Assembly: GCF_006345805.1 (NCBI RefSeq)
Contig: NC_043008.1
Location: forward strand, 9,920,001-9,984,000
Source of the DNA: Octopus sinensis
Lineage: Eukaryota
Direction: 5' to 3'
DNA: 64,000 bases
Below, one piece after another: positions 12,601 through 26,129 of the stretch. Both the position numbers and the translations under genes were made by a program. The notes beneath the pieces were generated by a model. That model made no database searches. It had not been told where the DNA came from and worked only from the letters and a program-made list of their open reading frames with translations. How positions within the stretch are numbered: the stretch's first letter is position 1; each line of letters opens with the position of its first letter.

Positions 12601-13050
12601 CTAAAGGATAACCCCAAGGACAAAGAAATAAGGACCCACAGTATGGTGAAAGTCATAGTCACTCATAATTAAAAAGGAGAATTGGTGGAATGTCCCAGTG
12701 AAGACCTCAGTAAAATGTAAGCACAACAGACCACATATAATGATTCGGGGTAGAGAAGAGATGTGGAAATCAGCAGCCCAGTGTATGTTAACGTAAAGCA
12801 GAGGATCAATGAAAAAGAGACACCTATGCTGAACTATTGAGAAATCTGCAGTTACTCTATCCAGTGTACAAGTTCAGGCTTATACCTGTAATTATTGGGG
12901 CCCAGAGATGTGTAACACACAGTCTGAATACCAATCTTGGAGAAATTAGGCTTCTCAAAAGGAGAAAGTTAATTGAAAGACTACAGATCTAGTCAATCAC
13001 TGGAACTGTAAAAATTAGTAAAACTTTCCTGACGTTTATCATTTAAATAT
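12601..13050 (+). pseudogene. C-terminal restriction-like endonuclease region of an R4/Dong-like LINE
   Basis: WWNVPVKTSVKCKHNRPHIMI, PVIIGA, RLQI*SITGTVKISKTFL. Confidence 0.75.
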
Positions 13051-13725
13051 ATATGAGCATGTCTAGATATGCAACTATATGCATGAGAATACATACATAG
13101 AGCAAAACATACAAATCTGCACACATACATACATACATACATACATACATACATACATACATACATACATACATACATACATACATACGAAAATACCCTG
13201 TAATTGATATTGAAATTCCAAAGAAGGAGCCTTGGATCTAGGTTAGAAACCGGCTATTTCTCTATTGGCAAGAAATCTTGAAATAAACTGAATAATGACA
13301 TACATACATAAAGCATGCATACATTCGCGTATTTATGGACCTATGTTGGATAAGGAAGCTTCGGCTATGCATGTCTGCAGGCATCTGTTAGAATAGTTTT
13401 TCTCTTGATATTTACATTTTATATCAGGATAAATATCCGAAAGATTGAAAACAGAAGACCATTAAAAAGAATCGCTGAAAGAGGAAGAAAGAAAGAAAGA
13501 AAGAAAGAAATGAACGAAGGAAGGAAGTGGAAGAAAAGAGAGAAGTAGGGAGAGAGGCAATATTACTAATATATTCAGATATACATTTAAATAAACGAAT
13601 ACATCGACTACACCGTGGCGCCTATATAACAATCACAATATACTAATATATACCAATTTTTCTTGATATGGCCTCTCTTTCCCCCTCTTCTTGTCTCCCT
13701 CTCACTCTCTCTCTCTCTCGCTCCT

Positions 13726-13757
<32 letters not shown>

Positions 13758-14111
13758 CTCTCTATCTTCTCTACAAATTTGTATCCAGGCCAGATAACTT
13801 AAATGTCAGGGACAACCGGACATCCGTCTAATCTTTATCTCGAATTACTTTGGTTTTAGTTTATCGATACATTTGCTGGTCAGTAACTGTTTATGGACGC
13901 AGGCATGGTCACGTGGTAAATAAAGTCGCTTCGTTATCGCAAGGTTTTATTCTCCCCTCCGACCGAGTGACATTTTGGGCACATGATGATAATAGAAGAA
14001 AAATTTTCCTACAGAACTTTTACGTGCATTTGTGATTAACGGAATCTTTTCGGAAAATTGATAGCATTCAGAAATACATAGACATACGATAGACACACAC
14101 TCGCACACACA

Positions 14112-14200
<89 letters not shown>

Positions 14201-14203
<3 letters not shown>

Positions 14204-14593
14204 ACTTGTTTCAGTCATTTGACTGCGGCCATGCTGGAGCACCGCCTTAGTCGACCAAATCGACCCCGGGATTTATTCTTTGTAAGCCCAGTACTTATTC
14301 TATCGGTCTCTTTTTGCCGAACCGCTAAGTGACGGGGACGTAAACACACCAGCATCGGTTGTCAAGTAATGCTAGGGGGACAAACACAGACACAGAAACA
14401 TACATACATATATATATATATACATATATACGACAGGCTTCTTTCAGTTTCCGTCTACCAAATCCACTCACAAGGCATTGGTCGGCCCGGGGCTATAGCA
14501 GAAGACACTTGCCCAAGATGCCACGCAGTGGGACTGAACCCGGAACCATGTGGTTGGTTAGCAAGCTACTTACCACACAGCCACTCCTGCGCC
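14201..14593 (-). mobile_element. SINE family A, full length
   Basis: Reverse complement of 15780-16188: head ggcgcaggagtggctgtgtggtaag, internal TA/TG microsatellite, tail cagtcaaatgactgaaacaagtaaaa. Confidence 0.9.
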
Positions 14594-14707
14594 CATATAT
14601 ATAGATAGAGATTTATATAAATAAGGATAAGATCGATATTTAAAATACCGATCTTATCAGGTGGCCAGCATGGGAATAAAAACCTTTCAAAGGTAATAAT
14701 TATTTAA

Positions 14708-14850
14708 AATTATAATTTAGGGTATTAAGAGATACCTCCATGCTGGAAATAGCAGTCAAAACTTGACTCTAAAACCACGTGGTTTTAGAGTCAAGTTTTG
14801 ACTGCTATTTCCAGCGTGGCGGTATCCCTTAGATACCCTAAATTATAATT
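14708..14850. repeat. Loop-less palindrome (perfect 74 bp core)
   Basis: 14742-14778 is the exact reverse complement of 14779-14815. Outer arms have a few mismatches. Confidence 0.95.
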
Positions 14851-15121
14851 ATATATGTAGATATATTGTTTATTTATTTTTGTACTTTTTGTGATCTAGT
14901 TATATGTTTTAAAATATATTTTATTTTTTATTTATGATTTGGTTTATGTCTATCATTGTCTGAATTGCATAATAGTGGTTTTTCTCTAATTTATATTATA
15001 TATATATATATTATTTAATAGACACAATAGATGTTTTTGTGTTACTAATAGTTTCATATGTTGAGGAATACCTCAAACATATTCATTGGGTACAACCCAT
15101 ATATCACAACGAACCTAATAT

Positions 15122-15172
<51 letters not shown>

Positions 15173-15741
15173 TATATATAAATTATATACACATATACTT
15201 ATATATATATGTATATATGTATGTATGTAGAGAGAGAGACAATGACAGCTGTTATAGTCAATAAGCGAGTAGCGGCGAATATTTCTGTGGTTATAAGAAT
15301 ATCCATAGGTAAACATCACATAAGACGAGTAAAAGCTGATGTGAAGAGGAAACAAGCAAACTAAAAATTCTAAAAACCTATCTAAAAAGTGTAGAAATAT
15401 AAAGCGAAAAAATAACAATCAAAGAAGTGTTACAACGATTCAATACGCCAAAGAACAGAGGAGAATACGCGGTTTCGGGTTATACTCAAAGAGAAGTGAA
15501 AGAGATTAGGAAAAATACCTGAGAAGCAACAGAGAGAAGAAATGTACGATACTAAATAACACGTCTGTTCATACGACAGGATTCAAGTAAAATGAGAACT
15601 AGGACGACACGTGACATTTCTCATAACTTACATCACGTAGTATTTCTTTGGTTCATTATCTCTCAGCCTCAAATTTTATTTCTTTAATTTTTGTGTTTTT
15701 CGCATATGTATATAAATATACATTTAAATATACACGCATAC

Positions 15742-15779
<38 letters not shown>

Positions 15780-15781
<2 letters not shown>

Positions 15782-16188
15782 CGCAGGAGTGGCTGTGTGG
15801 TAAGTAGCTTGTTTACCGACCACATGGTTCCGGGTTCAGTCCCACTGCGTGACACCTTGGGCAAGTCTCTTCTACTATAGCCTCGGGCCGACCAAAGCCT
15901 TGTGAGCGGATTTGGTAGACGGAAACTGAAAGAAGCCTGTCGTATATATATACATATATATATATGTATGTGTACGTGTTTATGTGTCTGTGTTTGTCCC
16001 CCTAGCATTGCGTGACAACCGATGCTGGTGTGTTTATGTCCCTGTTACTTAGCGGTTCGGCAAAAGAGACCGATAAAATAAGTACTGGGCTTACAAAAAA
16101 ATAAGTCCCGGGGTCGAGTTGCTCGATTAAAGGCGGTGCTCCAGCATGGCCGCAGTCAAATGACTGAAACAAGTAAAAGAGTAAAAGA
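15780..16188 (+). mobile_element. SINE family A, full length
   Basis: tRNA-like head, ccttgggcaag box, central microsatellite, (gtaaaaga)n tail. Confidence 0.9.
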
Positions 16189-16829
16189 GATCCCCATATA
16201 CAAATGCCCGCATGTGTATCTACATGTGTGTGCGCGCGTGTGTAAGTATATATGTCCATATATATATATATTTATATTAGTATGAATAAACACACGCGCA
16301 TATGTGTGTTTATGTGTATATGTGTATATACGTGAGTAAGTGTGAGTGTGCGTATTTGCGTATGTGTATGTGTGTCAGTGTGTGTGTCTGTCTGTAATGC
16401 AAATAATTAGCGAAGAACTACATCTTTGCTACATCTCAATATTTTGCCTTTGTTTTGTGCGACGTATTTAGATCTGACCAATTAAAATTTCCTCAGCGCA
16501 GCCACAAGATGTCAGTCCCATTGTGTATTCTAAGCTGCGCGTTTTACTCCGCTGAAAGCAAATTCCCAGTGTTGAATATCTTCTGATTAACTGCGTATTT
16601 ACCTGTCTGACTGCAGGTGGGCAACAACAAAAAATTTATTGTCTGCTAAAAAGACAAGTGATGCTGTACTAAACTAAATCAATAACGCTGATTCCGAATC
16701 TGAACTCAGAATTGCTGTATCAGGATTTTGAGTTATGCACATAATTATATATTAATACTATATTGGAATCAGGAATAGTTAAGTTCAAGGTAAATAATTA
16801 TTATAATAGTATATTGGTACTGTTGCTGA

Positions 16830-17163
16830 GACCCCCTTCGGTCATGGCTGACCGTAGGATTGCACCTAGAAAGTTACTCCCCGAGGCACAAGTCCGTGCA
16901 AGGTTGTTTATGGAAGACCAGCAGTCGCCCATGCATACCGGCCTCCCCTCTCCACGCCACCAGTGTTGTCCAAGGGAAAGGCAAAGACCGATACAACTTG
17001 GTACCTGTGACGTCGCAAGTCATTTCTACAGCTGAGTGAACTGGAGCAACGTGAAATAAAGTGTCTTGCTCAAGAACACAACATGCAGCCCGGTCCGGGA
17101 TTCGAACTCACAACCTCCCGATCGTAAGCTCGATGCTCTAACCACTGAGCCATGCGCCTTCAC
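16830..17163 (-). mobile_element. SINE family C with an alternative 3' tail
   Basis: Head and box (ctggagcaacgtgaaataaagtgtcttgctcaag...accactgagccatgcgcc) match 4734. The tail at 16830-17020 differs. Confidence 0.8.
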
Positions 17164-17319
17164 ATTAGTACTGTATATAGTAAATTTATGTTCGAGGTGC
17201 CCACCTCTTGTCTTGGTCCCCAACTTTACATAAATAATAGTTATAAATAATATTTATAGGCAGTTTTTAATTTGGTGGTAAATTAGGTAGGTAGGTAGGT
17301 AGATGCATGAACATTATAT

Positions 17320-17537
17320 ATATGTATAATGTCCGTGTTTGTCCCCACCCTATCTCCGCTTAACAACCGCTGTTGGTATGTTTACGTCCCTGTAACTTAG
17401 CGGTTCAACAAAAATACTGATACAATAAGTACTAGGCTTTAAAAAAAATAAGTCCTTGGGTTGATTTGTTCGACTAAAACCCTTCAAGGTAGTACTCCAG
17501 CATGACCGCAGTCAAATGACTGAAACAAGTAAAAGAG
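17320..17537 (+). mobile_element. SINE A 3' half. Similar halves at about 5440-5640(-), 19185-19416(+), 24690-24960(-), 25735-25955(-), 36885-37075(+), 48575-48697(+), 50176-50235(+), 58640-58855(+)
   Basis: Shared cttgacaaccg.tgttgg..tgtttacgtccc.gtaacttagcggttc.gcaaaa...cagcatggccgcagtc...tgactgaaac. Confidence 0.85.
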
Positions 17538-17879
17538 TATGTGGGAGGGGGTAAAAATTGTATGTGGAAACAGCACGAAGTATGTAAAAAGATTTGTTTT
17601 ATTTTCTTTCTTTTTTTAATCGGACAGGATCAGTATTTTTATATTTGCTACATTAGGTGACTTTTATAAAACATTAGTTATGGGTTTAATTTGAAACTTT
17701 CGGGGTTAGATCAGTGGGGTAGAATTTATCCATTTGTCATAGATTCCGCCACTTTTCATATTTTTTCACCATGTTTCAAAATGTGTATTTACTTGTTCCT
17801 AGGTTCTTTTTTCAAAATATGTCCAATTTTGGTTTTAATTTGGTGTGAAGTGTCTTGTTCTGATTTACTGTTCATAAAT

Positions 17880-18045
17880 GGCAACTGTACCGGTGGCATG
17901 TGTAAAGGATTAGAGAGAGGTCGTTGCCAGTACCGCCTGACTGGCCCCGTGCCAGTGGCTCGTAAAAGCACCCACTACACTCTCGGAGTGGTTGGCGTTA
18001 GGAAGGGCATCCAGCTGTAGAAACTCTGCCAGATCAAGATTGTTG
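17880..18045 (+). mobile_element. RTE-like LINE 3' UTR fragment
   Basis: ggttggcgttaggaagggcatccagctgtagaaac, recalled as an RTE-type tail. Confidence 0.45.
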
Positions 18046-18779
18046 GTGGTGGTTCTTCCTTTATCTTCGATGTTACCGTCATGTGTAGGCTTGTGTAGTT
18101 TATCGAGTTTTTCTGTTTCTATTTATATCTTGCAATTCTTTTAGGATTTCTTCATTTATAGATGGATTTGGATTGTCGGTATCCACTGTCATCTTCAGGT
18201 TATGTATAGTTTATAATAGTGAAAATACCTAAGAACAAGAAAACATACAAAGAACATTACAAAAACAACAACCCCAACCATGACCTATGTTAAGATCAAG
18301 CCCCAACCTCCGTCAACAACAGACATGAGTTCTAGGTGAGGTTTTTGTAACTATAAACAGCAACACTCCTGCCTTCTACGAAATACTAACAAAAACTTAC
18401 GTCAACCAGTTCACTTCGAAGAAGACCAAATGGACGAACCCCGATGAAACTGCTCTGACAATATTGCAAGGTTGTATCTACAACAATGTACAGCGTTGCT
18501 GCATGGGAAATACATGTAGGTCATTGTATATGCTGTGTATAACTATAAAATAAATATTGTGGATATACAAGTCTCAATACTCCTTATTATTATTAATGTT
18601 ATTATAAACTCTAAGGAACCTTTACAATCCTGAGTAGGACACATGGAATTACCCAACGGAAGAATTCAACTTGTAGGCACGGACATTGGATACTGACCGT
18701 TGTGGTTAACCGGCATCTGGAACCAAACAAACAGCCAACATGGTATCTGCCTGGATAATATGACCCTCCTAACTCACTT

Positions 18780-19080
18780 TGTATGTGTGTATATATATAT
18801 GTGTGTGTGTATGTATATACATGTTTGTATATATATATATGTGTGTGTGTATGTATATACATGTTTGTATATATATATGTGTGTGTGTATGTATATACAT
18901 GTTTGTATATATATATGTGTGTGTGTATGTATATACATGTTTGTATATATATATGTGTGTGTGTATGTATATACATGTTTGTATATATATATGTGTGTGT
19001 GTATGTATATACATGTTTGTATATATATATGTGTGTGTGTATGTATATACATGTTTGTATATATATATGTGTATGTGTGT
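18780..19080. repeat. Minisatellite, ~38-40 bp unit x ~8
   Basis: Repeats of atgtttgtatatatat(at)gtgtgtgtgtatgtatatac. Confidence 0.9.
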
Positions 19081-20537
19081 GTATATAAAACTTAGATATG
19101 TTTCGACCAGAGATTGGTCCAGGCCATGTCTAACTTAATAGCACCACATGTTTGTATATATATACATGTGTGTGTGTGCATGCGCACATGTGTCTTTGTC
19201 CCTGTGTTTGTCTCCATCACCGCTTGACAACCGGCGTTGGTTTGTTTATGTACCAGTAACGTAACGATTCGGCAAAAGACACCGATAGAATAAGAACCAT
19301 TCTTTAATAAAAAAAAAAAAAAGCAAGTACTGGCATCGATCTTGATCGACTGAAATCCTTCAAGGCGGTGCCCCAGCATGGCCACAGTACCATTGGACTG
19401 AAACAAATAAAAGATAACAGATTTTAAAAAATACATATGGGACAGGTAGCCCTGTACTTTGCTTACTCAGCCATTTTGATTTTGCTCTTTCGACGCAGCT
19501 CAACGCTAAATAGGATTAAGTACAGAACCGACCTACAATTGTTGGGAAAATAAAATTGTTCCAACACAACAGCGATCAGTTATTGATTATATTTATGCGT
19601 GTGGGGCTGTGGGATGTATTGGAATATGTGTGCGAGAGTAAAATAGATTTGCATTTTCTTGCCATTTTTTTTTTGGAAGGTGGTGGGTGGAATTCTCATA
19701 CTCCACGACTCGATTTCTCTATTTTAGGATAATGCTTTCATCAAAAATGTTAAAGGCAAATAAAACTTTATGAAATTCAATACAAAAGACACCCAAAATA
19801 AATTCCCTTTAAGCAAGAAATGCAATAATTTTCGCTATGTGTTTGTGTGTGTGCGTGTGTGGCTGTGTATGTGTGACTGTGCATGTATATAAACTTATGC
19901 ATATATAAGCAAATATCATTATGCATATGTGTGTGTGTATGCGTATACATGTATGTACATATATATATATATATATACATACATGGACATACGTATATTT
20001 ATATACATGCATGTATATAGATACATACACTCGCACGCACACACACACACACACACACACATACACACACACACAAGTGGAAAAGAGAGGGAGGGGTTAT
20101 ATGTGAGTGAGCGGATATGCTAGGTTGGCTAATGTCTTTATAAATACAAATCAGTTTTAGAATTTTTCATTTTAATAAGAGCCTGCTGTCGAAAACAGGT
20201 TGGCCATTTTTTCCCCGTTAGTTTCGTGGCTTCTTTTGTTTTTGTTTTTTTAGTGAAATCCTGTACCTTTGCATTTTTTTAATTTTTCAGTTTATATTCA
20301 TTTTACACACATATTTCTTTCTTTTTTTTCTTTTTGTTTTTTTGTCAATCTTCATTTCATTATATTGTAATATGGTGCCAGAAATCGATTTTTATGAGCA
20401 GGTGTATGGTTGTTGCAGAGTAATATAGGGTACGAATGATTTACATACATATCTATATGTGTGTGTGTATGTGTGTGTCTGTCTGTGTGTGTGTGCGTGC
20501 GTGCGTGTGTGTGTATGTGTATATATATACATATACA

Positions 20538-20590
<53 letters not shown>

Positions 20591-21581
20591 GTGTATTTGT
20601 ATATGTATGTATATATATATATATGTATATATATATATACATATATATACATATATATACATATATATATTTGTGTATGTGTATTTGTATATGCGTGTAT
20701 ATATATATATATTTATACATATATATATGTATATACATAAATATATACATATATATACATATATATATTTGTGTGTGTGTATAAGTACGTGTGTAAAGAT
20801 ATTTGTGTCTAACATATATATATATTTATATATATATGTGTGTGTGTATGTGTGTATAAAGACATGCATGCGTGTGTGCTTGAATGCACACATGTATGCA
20901 TGTATGTACACATGTGCGTATACGCATCTGTGTACATACTAATGTCTGCATGCATAGATGTCACTGCATTATGGATCTGTATATTTTGGTAGATGTATTG
21001 GTACAGCTATATATATTTGCATGTCTACACTTGTGTGTCTATACACTTATAGTAAGCGAAACCTCCGGATTGTTTTGCATATTTTCACTCTGCCTTTAAA
21101 TGGACGTTGTTTTATTTCTGAATTAGCTATGTGTTTTCTGATTTTGTGAAATCCATTTTCTCAAGATTGGTTTGGTTTTGAAGCAGTTAATTTCATATTA
21201 TCTAAATGCCTTCTAATAATCACAGATATAAATAGTTATACACGAACTAAATGGCAGTACATGTAATAGAACGTGAACGTATGGCTGGGACTAAGTTTAG
21301 ACAAGACAAAAATAAACTATTTAAACATATAGGTCCTCCGAGAAGAATAACCAGTCACCATATACCATTGGTCCTGACCCCTGGCGTCTACGTACCGTGA
21401 AAGTTTCCAGTCTTTACTTGATCATCAACAGAACATAACTCAGTTAAGCAGTCTACTTGTAACCTGTTGCCAACACAACAATAATTTTTAAGTATCTCTT
21501 CCGAGCATCTCTGCAGCAAACTCCAACCATATATCAAAAACCAATGTATTCAATATTACTTCCACAGGAGCTCCCAATATT

Positions 21582-22021
21582 AAAGCCTGTAATTGTAAAA
21601 ATACCTACGACTGCCCATTAAACGGGAACTGTCTTGCTAAATACATTGTATACGGGTGTCAAATAATTATGAGTGCTGGTTCTAGAGAACGCATGAGCAA
21701 CAGCCAACGATTTGAAGAAACGCTTTCGTATGCATATGCACTTGTTCAAAAACCCTAAATCGGCCCCTTCAACTTCATTGATCAAATACATCTGGCAGCT
21801 TAAAAATTTAAACATACACTTTATAATGGAACATAGTGAAATCTTCACCCTCATTCATGTGGGAACGAAAGTCATGTTGTTTATGCAACCAGGATGCAAC
21901 TGAAATTTTTCTTTCCGACACACAACTTCTAAATAACCGAAATGAGCTAATTATCAACTGCGACCACAAGATACTTTCAACATTTAGACTCTCTTACAAA
22001 AGAATAACAGGCATGGCTTAA
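21582..22021 (+). pseudogene. Penelope-like retroelement GIY-YIG endonuclease (decayed)
   Basis: KACNCKNTYDCPLNGNCLAKYIVY, KKRFRMHMHLF...STSLIKYIWQLK, CCLCNQD...LLNNRNELIINCDH: the characteristic PLE endonuclease motif series, frameshifted. Confidence 0.88.
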
Positions 22022-22119
22022 TCTGAATCTATGTATCTTACAAAACAAGATCTATAATCCACCTCTGGCGCTCTCTATTAACTCACTTCTCGCTTCACAT
22101 ACCTAGAAACTTCTATTTT

Positions 22120-22344
22120 CGAGCTGGCAGAAACGTTAGCACGCCGGGCGAAATGCGTAGCCGTATTTCGTCTGCCGTGACGCTGTGAGTTCAAATTCCG
22201 CCGAGGTCGGCTTTGCCTTTCATCCTTTCGGGGTCGATAAATTAAGCATCAGTTACGCGCTGGGGTCGATATAATCGACTTTATCCCTTTTTCTGTCCTT
22301 GTTTGCCCCCTCTATGTTTAGCCCCTTGTGGGCAATAAAGAAAT
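22120..22344 (+). mobile_element. SINE family B (Nin/Deu-like core). Further copies at about 23965-24195(+), 26905-27082(-), 31565-31722(-), 35080-35290(+), 46060-46275(-), 46290-46500(-), 52355-52510(+), 62044-62205(+)
   Basis: Head gagctggcagaaacgttagc...gagttcaaattc and core gaggtcgactttgcctttcatcctttcggggtcgataaattaagtacc. The domain name is from recall. Confidence 0.85.
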
Positions 22345-22763
22345 ATATTTTCCTTTATTGTTATTCTTGCTATAGTAGTTGTAATAATTGGTATTCTAAT
22401 TTCTTATCAGTGGTGTATTTTTTCTTCTATTTCCTCCTATTGGAAAACAGTACCTTCCTGTTTATAGAAAACAAAGTACCTTCTTGTTTCTCCTAAAATT
22501 TAAGTACTTCTATTCATTAATCCTAATGGCTTCGTTTTTTAATATACAAAGCCGATAAACTAACTCAATTTGACTAAATTGAGCTAAAGTAGATTTGTGT
22601 GATTGTATGTGCAAGTATACAGTTATATATATATACGAGTGTGTGTGTTTGTGCGTATGTATCAACATATCTATATGTGTGTGTGTCTATAAATGTGTAT
22701 TATCTGGGTGTATGTGTGTATGTATGTGTGTGTCTATAAAAGTGTATTATCTGGGTGTATGTT

Positions 22764-22801
<38 letters not shown>

Positions 22802-23073
22802 CGAGCGCGCGTCGTGTTTGTATGAGTATGTATGCATATCTGTAAAAATTAACAGTGGAAAGATTGAAGAAGACCCATGTGGAGCGGTTGTTAGTAAATT
22901 AAGGTATTCGAGTATTACTTGGTTTGTAAAATATATTTAAATGTTTTATAATTAGCTTTTTCACTATTGAAGTTTTAGAATACACGATGCAAGCACACAT
23001 ACCATCACATACACAAACACACATACATACATATATTATATTATATATAAAATATATAGATAAATATATATAA

Positions 23074-23146
<73 letters not shown>

Positions 23147-23161
23147 AAGATAGATAGATAG

Positions 23162-23247
<86 letters not shown>

Positions 23248-23639
23248 TGAATACATCATTAAGTTCCAATGAATTATTACAAGGCAATAAACATATGTAG
23301 AATAAATTTCCATATATTTAGTTCAGACCAACATAATTAGAATAACGAATAAGCAAGAAAGCAGAAAATTCATAGATGATTCGTAATTAAATTATGAATC
23401 CTCAGTGAATTTTGTGCTTTTCTGTATTTTTACTATTCTTTGTACCGATAGACCACACAGAAGGTAGTTTCAATTTAACTCTATTTCAGTTGTGCATGCC
23501 TAGTTTTTCTAAAGCCAGTATGCTTTCGCAATAGCAGCGAATATTTTATTCACTGTTTCATATATGCATAATATCAAAGCCAAGGTGAACGTCTGACATT
23601 CGCATGAATCTCTGCAACGACGATGTTCATCTCACGCCG

Positions 23640-23738
<99 letters not shown>

Positions 23739-24221
23739 GTCTTTTAACAAAAGTCTATGAAGAGATTTTATCTCTGACAAAACATTTCACCACTTGATAA
23801 CCTCGTTGCATTCTCAATGTAATGAGTTATCGTACATAAGTCCTGTCAGATGCACACAACCAAGTGTGTATGCATGTATGTATGCTTGGATGGATGGATG
23901 GATGCATGGATGGATGGATGGATAGATACATAAGTGTATGCATATATATATGTATATATACAAAAGGCGGCGTGCTGGCAGAGACGTTAGCGCGCCGGGC
24001 GAAATGCTCAGCGGTATTTCGTCTGTCGTTACGTTCTCAGTTCAAATTCCGCCGAGGTCGACTTTGCCCTTCATCATTTCGGGGTCGATAAATAAAGTAC
24101 CAGTTTCGCACTGGGGTCGATGTAGTCGACTTAATACCTTTGTCTGTCCTTGTTTGTCCCCTGTATGTTTAGCCCCTTGTGGGTAATAAAGAAATATATA
24201 TATATATACACACATATGTAC

Positions 24222-24268
<47 letters not shown>

Positions 24269-24407
24269 ATATATATATAATTTACAAAATGAGGGCAAAA
24301 GAAAAATTCTAATTCCAAATATGCCGAAAAAAAGACAAAAATTGTCAATAACCATTATAATTTATGCGTCTCGAAACAAACCGATAGAAATTTCTAAAAA
24401 ATTCTTT

Positions 24408-24467
24408 ATTACCGTATTGGTCCAATTTCAGGGTTAATTCGTAAGAAATTTTCCCTCTTCAGCGATA
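24408..24467 (-). ncRNA. Type I hammerhead ribozyme candidate
   Basis: Minus: ttatcg CTGAAGA GGGaaaatt-tcttacg-aattaaCCCT GAA ATTGGaCCAAT A cggtaa. Stem I 6 bp, near-palindromic stem III, AUA triplet. Confidence 0.7.
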
Positions 24468-24635
24468 AATACGTGCGATATAAGTGAAATACTTACTCAT
24501 ACCCATGAAAAAGCAAGCACTGAGTCCTGAGCGGACCTAAGTACCCCAAATATCCAAAATAGAGAAAATCTTCGGCACATCTCGAGACACGTGTGATTCG
24601 AACTAGAAACTTTCACAGAGTGAGAGAATCCGGAA

Positions 24636-24689
<54 letters not shown>

Positions 24690-26070
24690 CAAGTTAACCC
24701 CGGTACTTTTTTTTAAGAGTCTGGTACTTTTTTATCGGTGGCTTTTGCTGAACTGCTAGATTACAGGGACTTAAACACAGCACCTATTTTCATGCAGGGA
24801 GAGAGAAGACAAACACGGACACGAAAACATATAAACACACGGGCTTTCTTACAGTTTTCATCCACTAAATTCATTCATAAACTATTGGTTGGTCTGGGGC
24901 TATAATAAAGGATACTCACCCAGCGTCACGCGGTGTTACCAATCCCGGAATTACATGGTCCCGAAGCGACCCATTAGTTAAAACACTGAATTCTTAACGT
25001 TTACACTGTACAACCCAAGGCAACGGAGGAGATTATACTTCGTTTCTCGATCTGCATTTGAGTGGGGTAGGAAATATATGAAAAAACCCAAATGGATTTG
25101 GGATGAGGGGGGAGTTTAATTTTGAACATACATTAAATTAATTGAGGAAATAATTTGACAAACAGATTAGTGAAGTTATCTTGAGCTAGCTACATCGAGG
25201 GAGGCGTAAAAGATTTTATCGATAGGATATGTCATTTGAAACCAAATGCAATGAGAATAATTACGTAGAATTACAGGTGTAATTTCTTGAAAGTGCATAA
25301 ATCATATTTCGTAAAATGTTTAAATTATAGCTTAATAACATAATAAGGGAATGTTTTAGATTGTATCATTTATTATATAAATAAGTGAAATTGACATGTT
25401 TTGGGAATAAGAAAACGGTGCATCTGCATAAAATAGTTTAGAAAAATCGTAGGAGGTGAGAATATGAGGAATGTCATGTGGTTTTAAGAATTGGTGAAAC
25501 GCAGTTTAGGAACTTGACTAGAGTCGAGATTAAGGAATTGGTAAGTACGAAAGTAGGTTGACAAATGGCGATAAGACTGAGGAATGGAAGAAAATAATAT
25601 ATATATATATATATATATATAATGTGGATAGAAATAATTAGCTGATTTATGTACGGATGTCTACCTGTACACATGTACACAACATTGAATAGAAATAAAT
25701 ATAGTTATATCTTACATGGTTTACTCTTCTTAATTATTAGACTGTGGCCATGCTGGGGCACAACCTTAATGTATTTTAGTCGATCACATCGACACCAGTG
25801 TTTTTTGTTCTTTGGTTTTTTGGGACTTTTTTTTACTTTTAATTCTGGTATCTATTTGATCGATCTCTTTTTACCGAACCGGTAGGTGGCAGGGAAGTAA
25901 ACACACCAACACGGTTGTCAGTTGGTGGTGAGAGACAAAAAGAAACACAATGACACTCACACACAAATACGCACATAAAAATATACATATATATATATGT
26001 ATGCTTGTATGTGATTGTGCATGTGTGCTTATATACACACACACACACACATATATATACAAACACACTT

Positions 26071-26121
<51 letters not shown>

Positions 26122-26129
26122 ATATGTGA

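Noticed and set aside
15440-15540. Minus-strand GAAACCGCGTA motif
   Set aside because: No credible CUGANGA core upstream.
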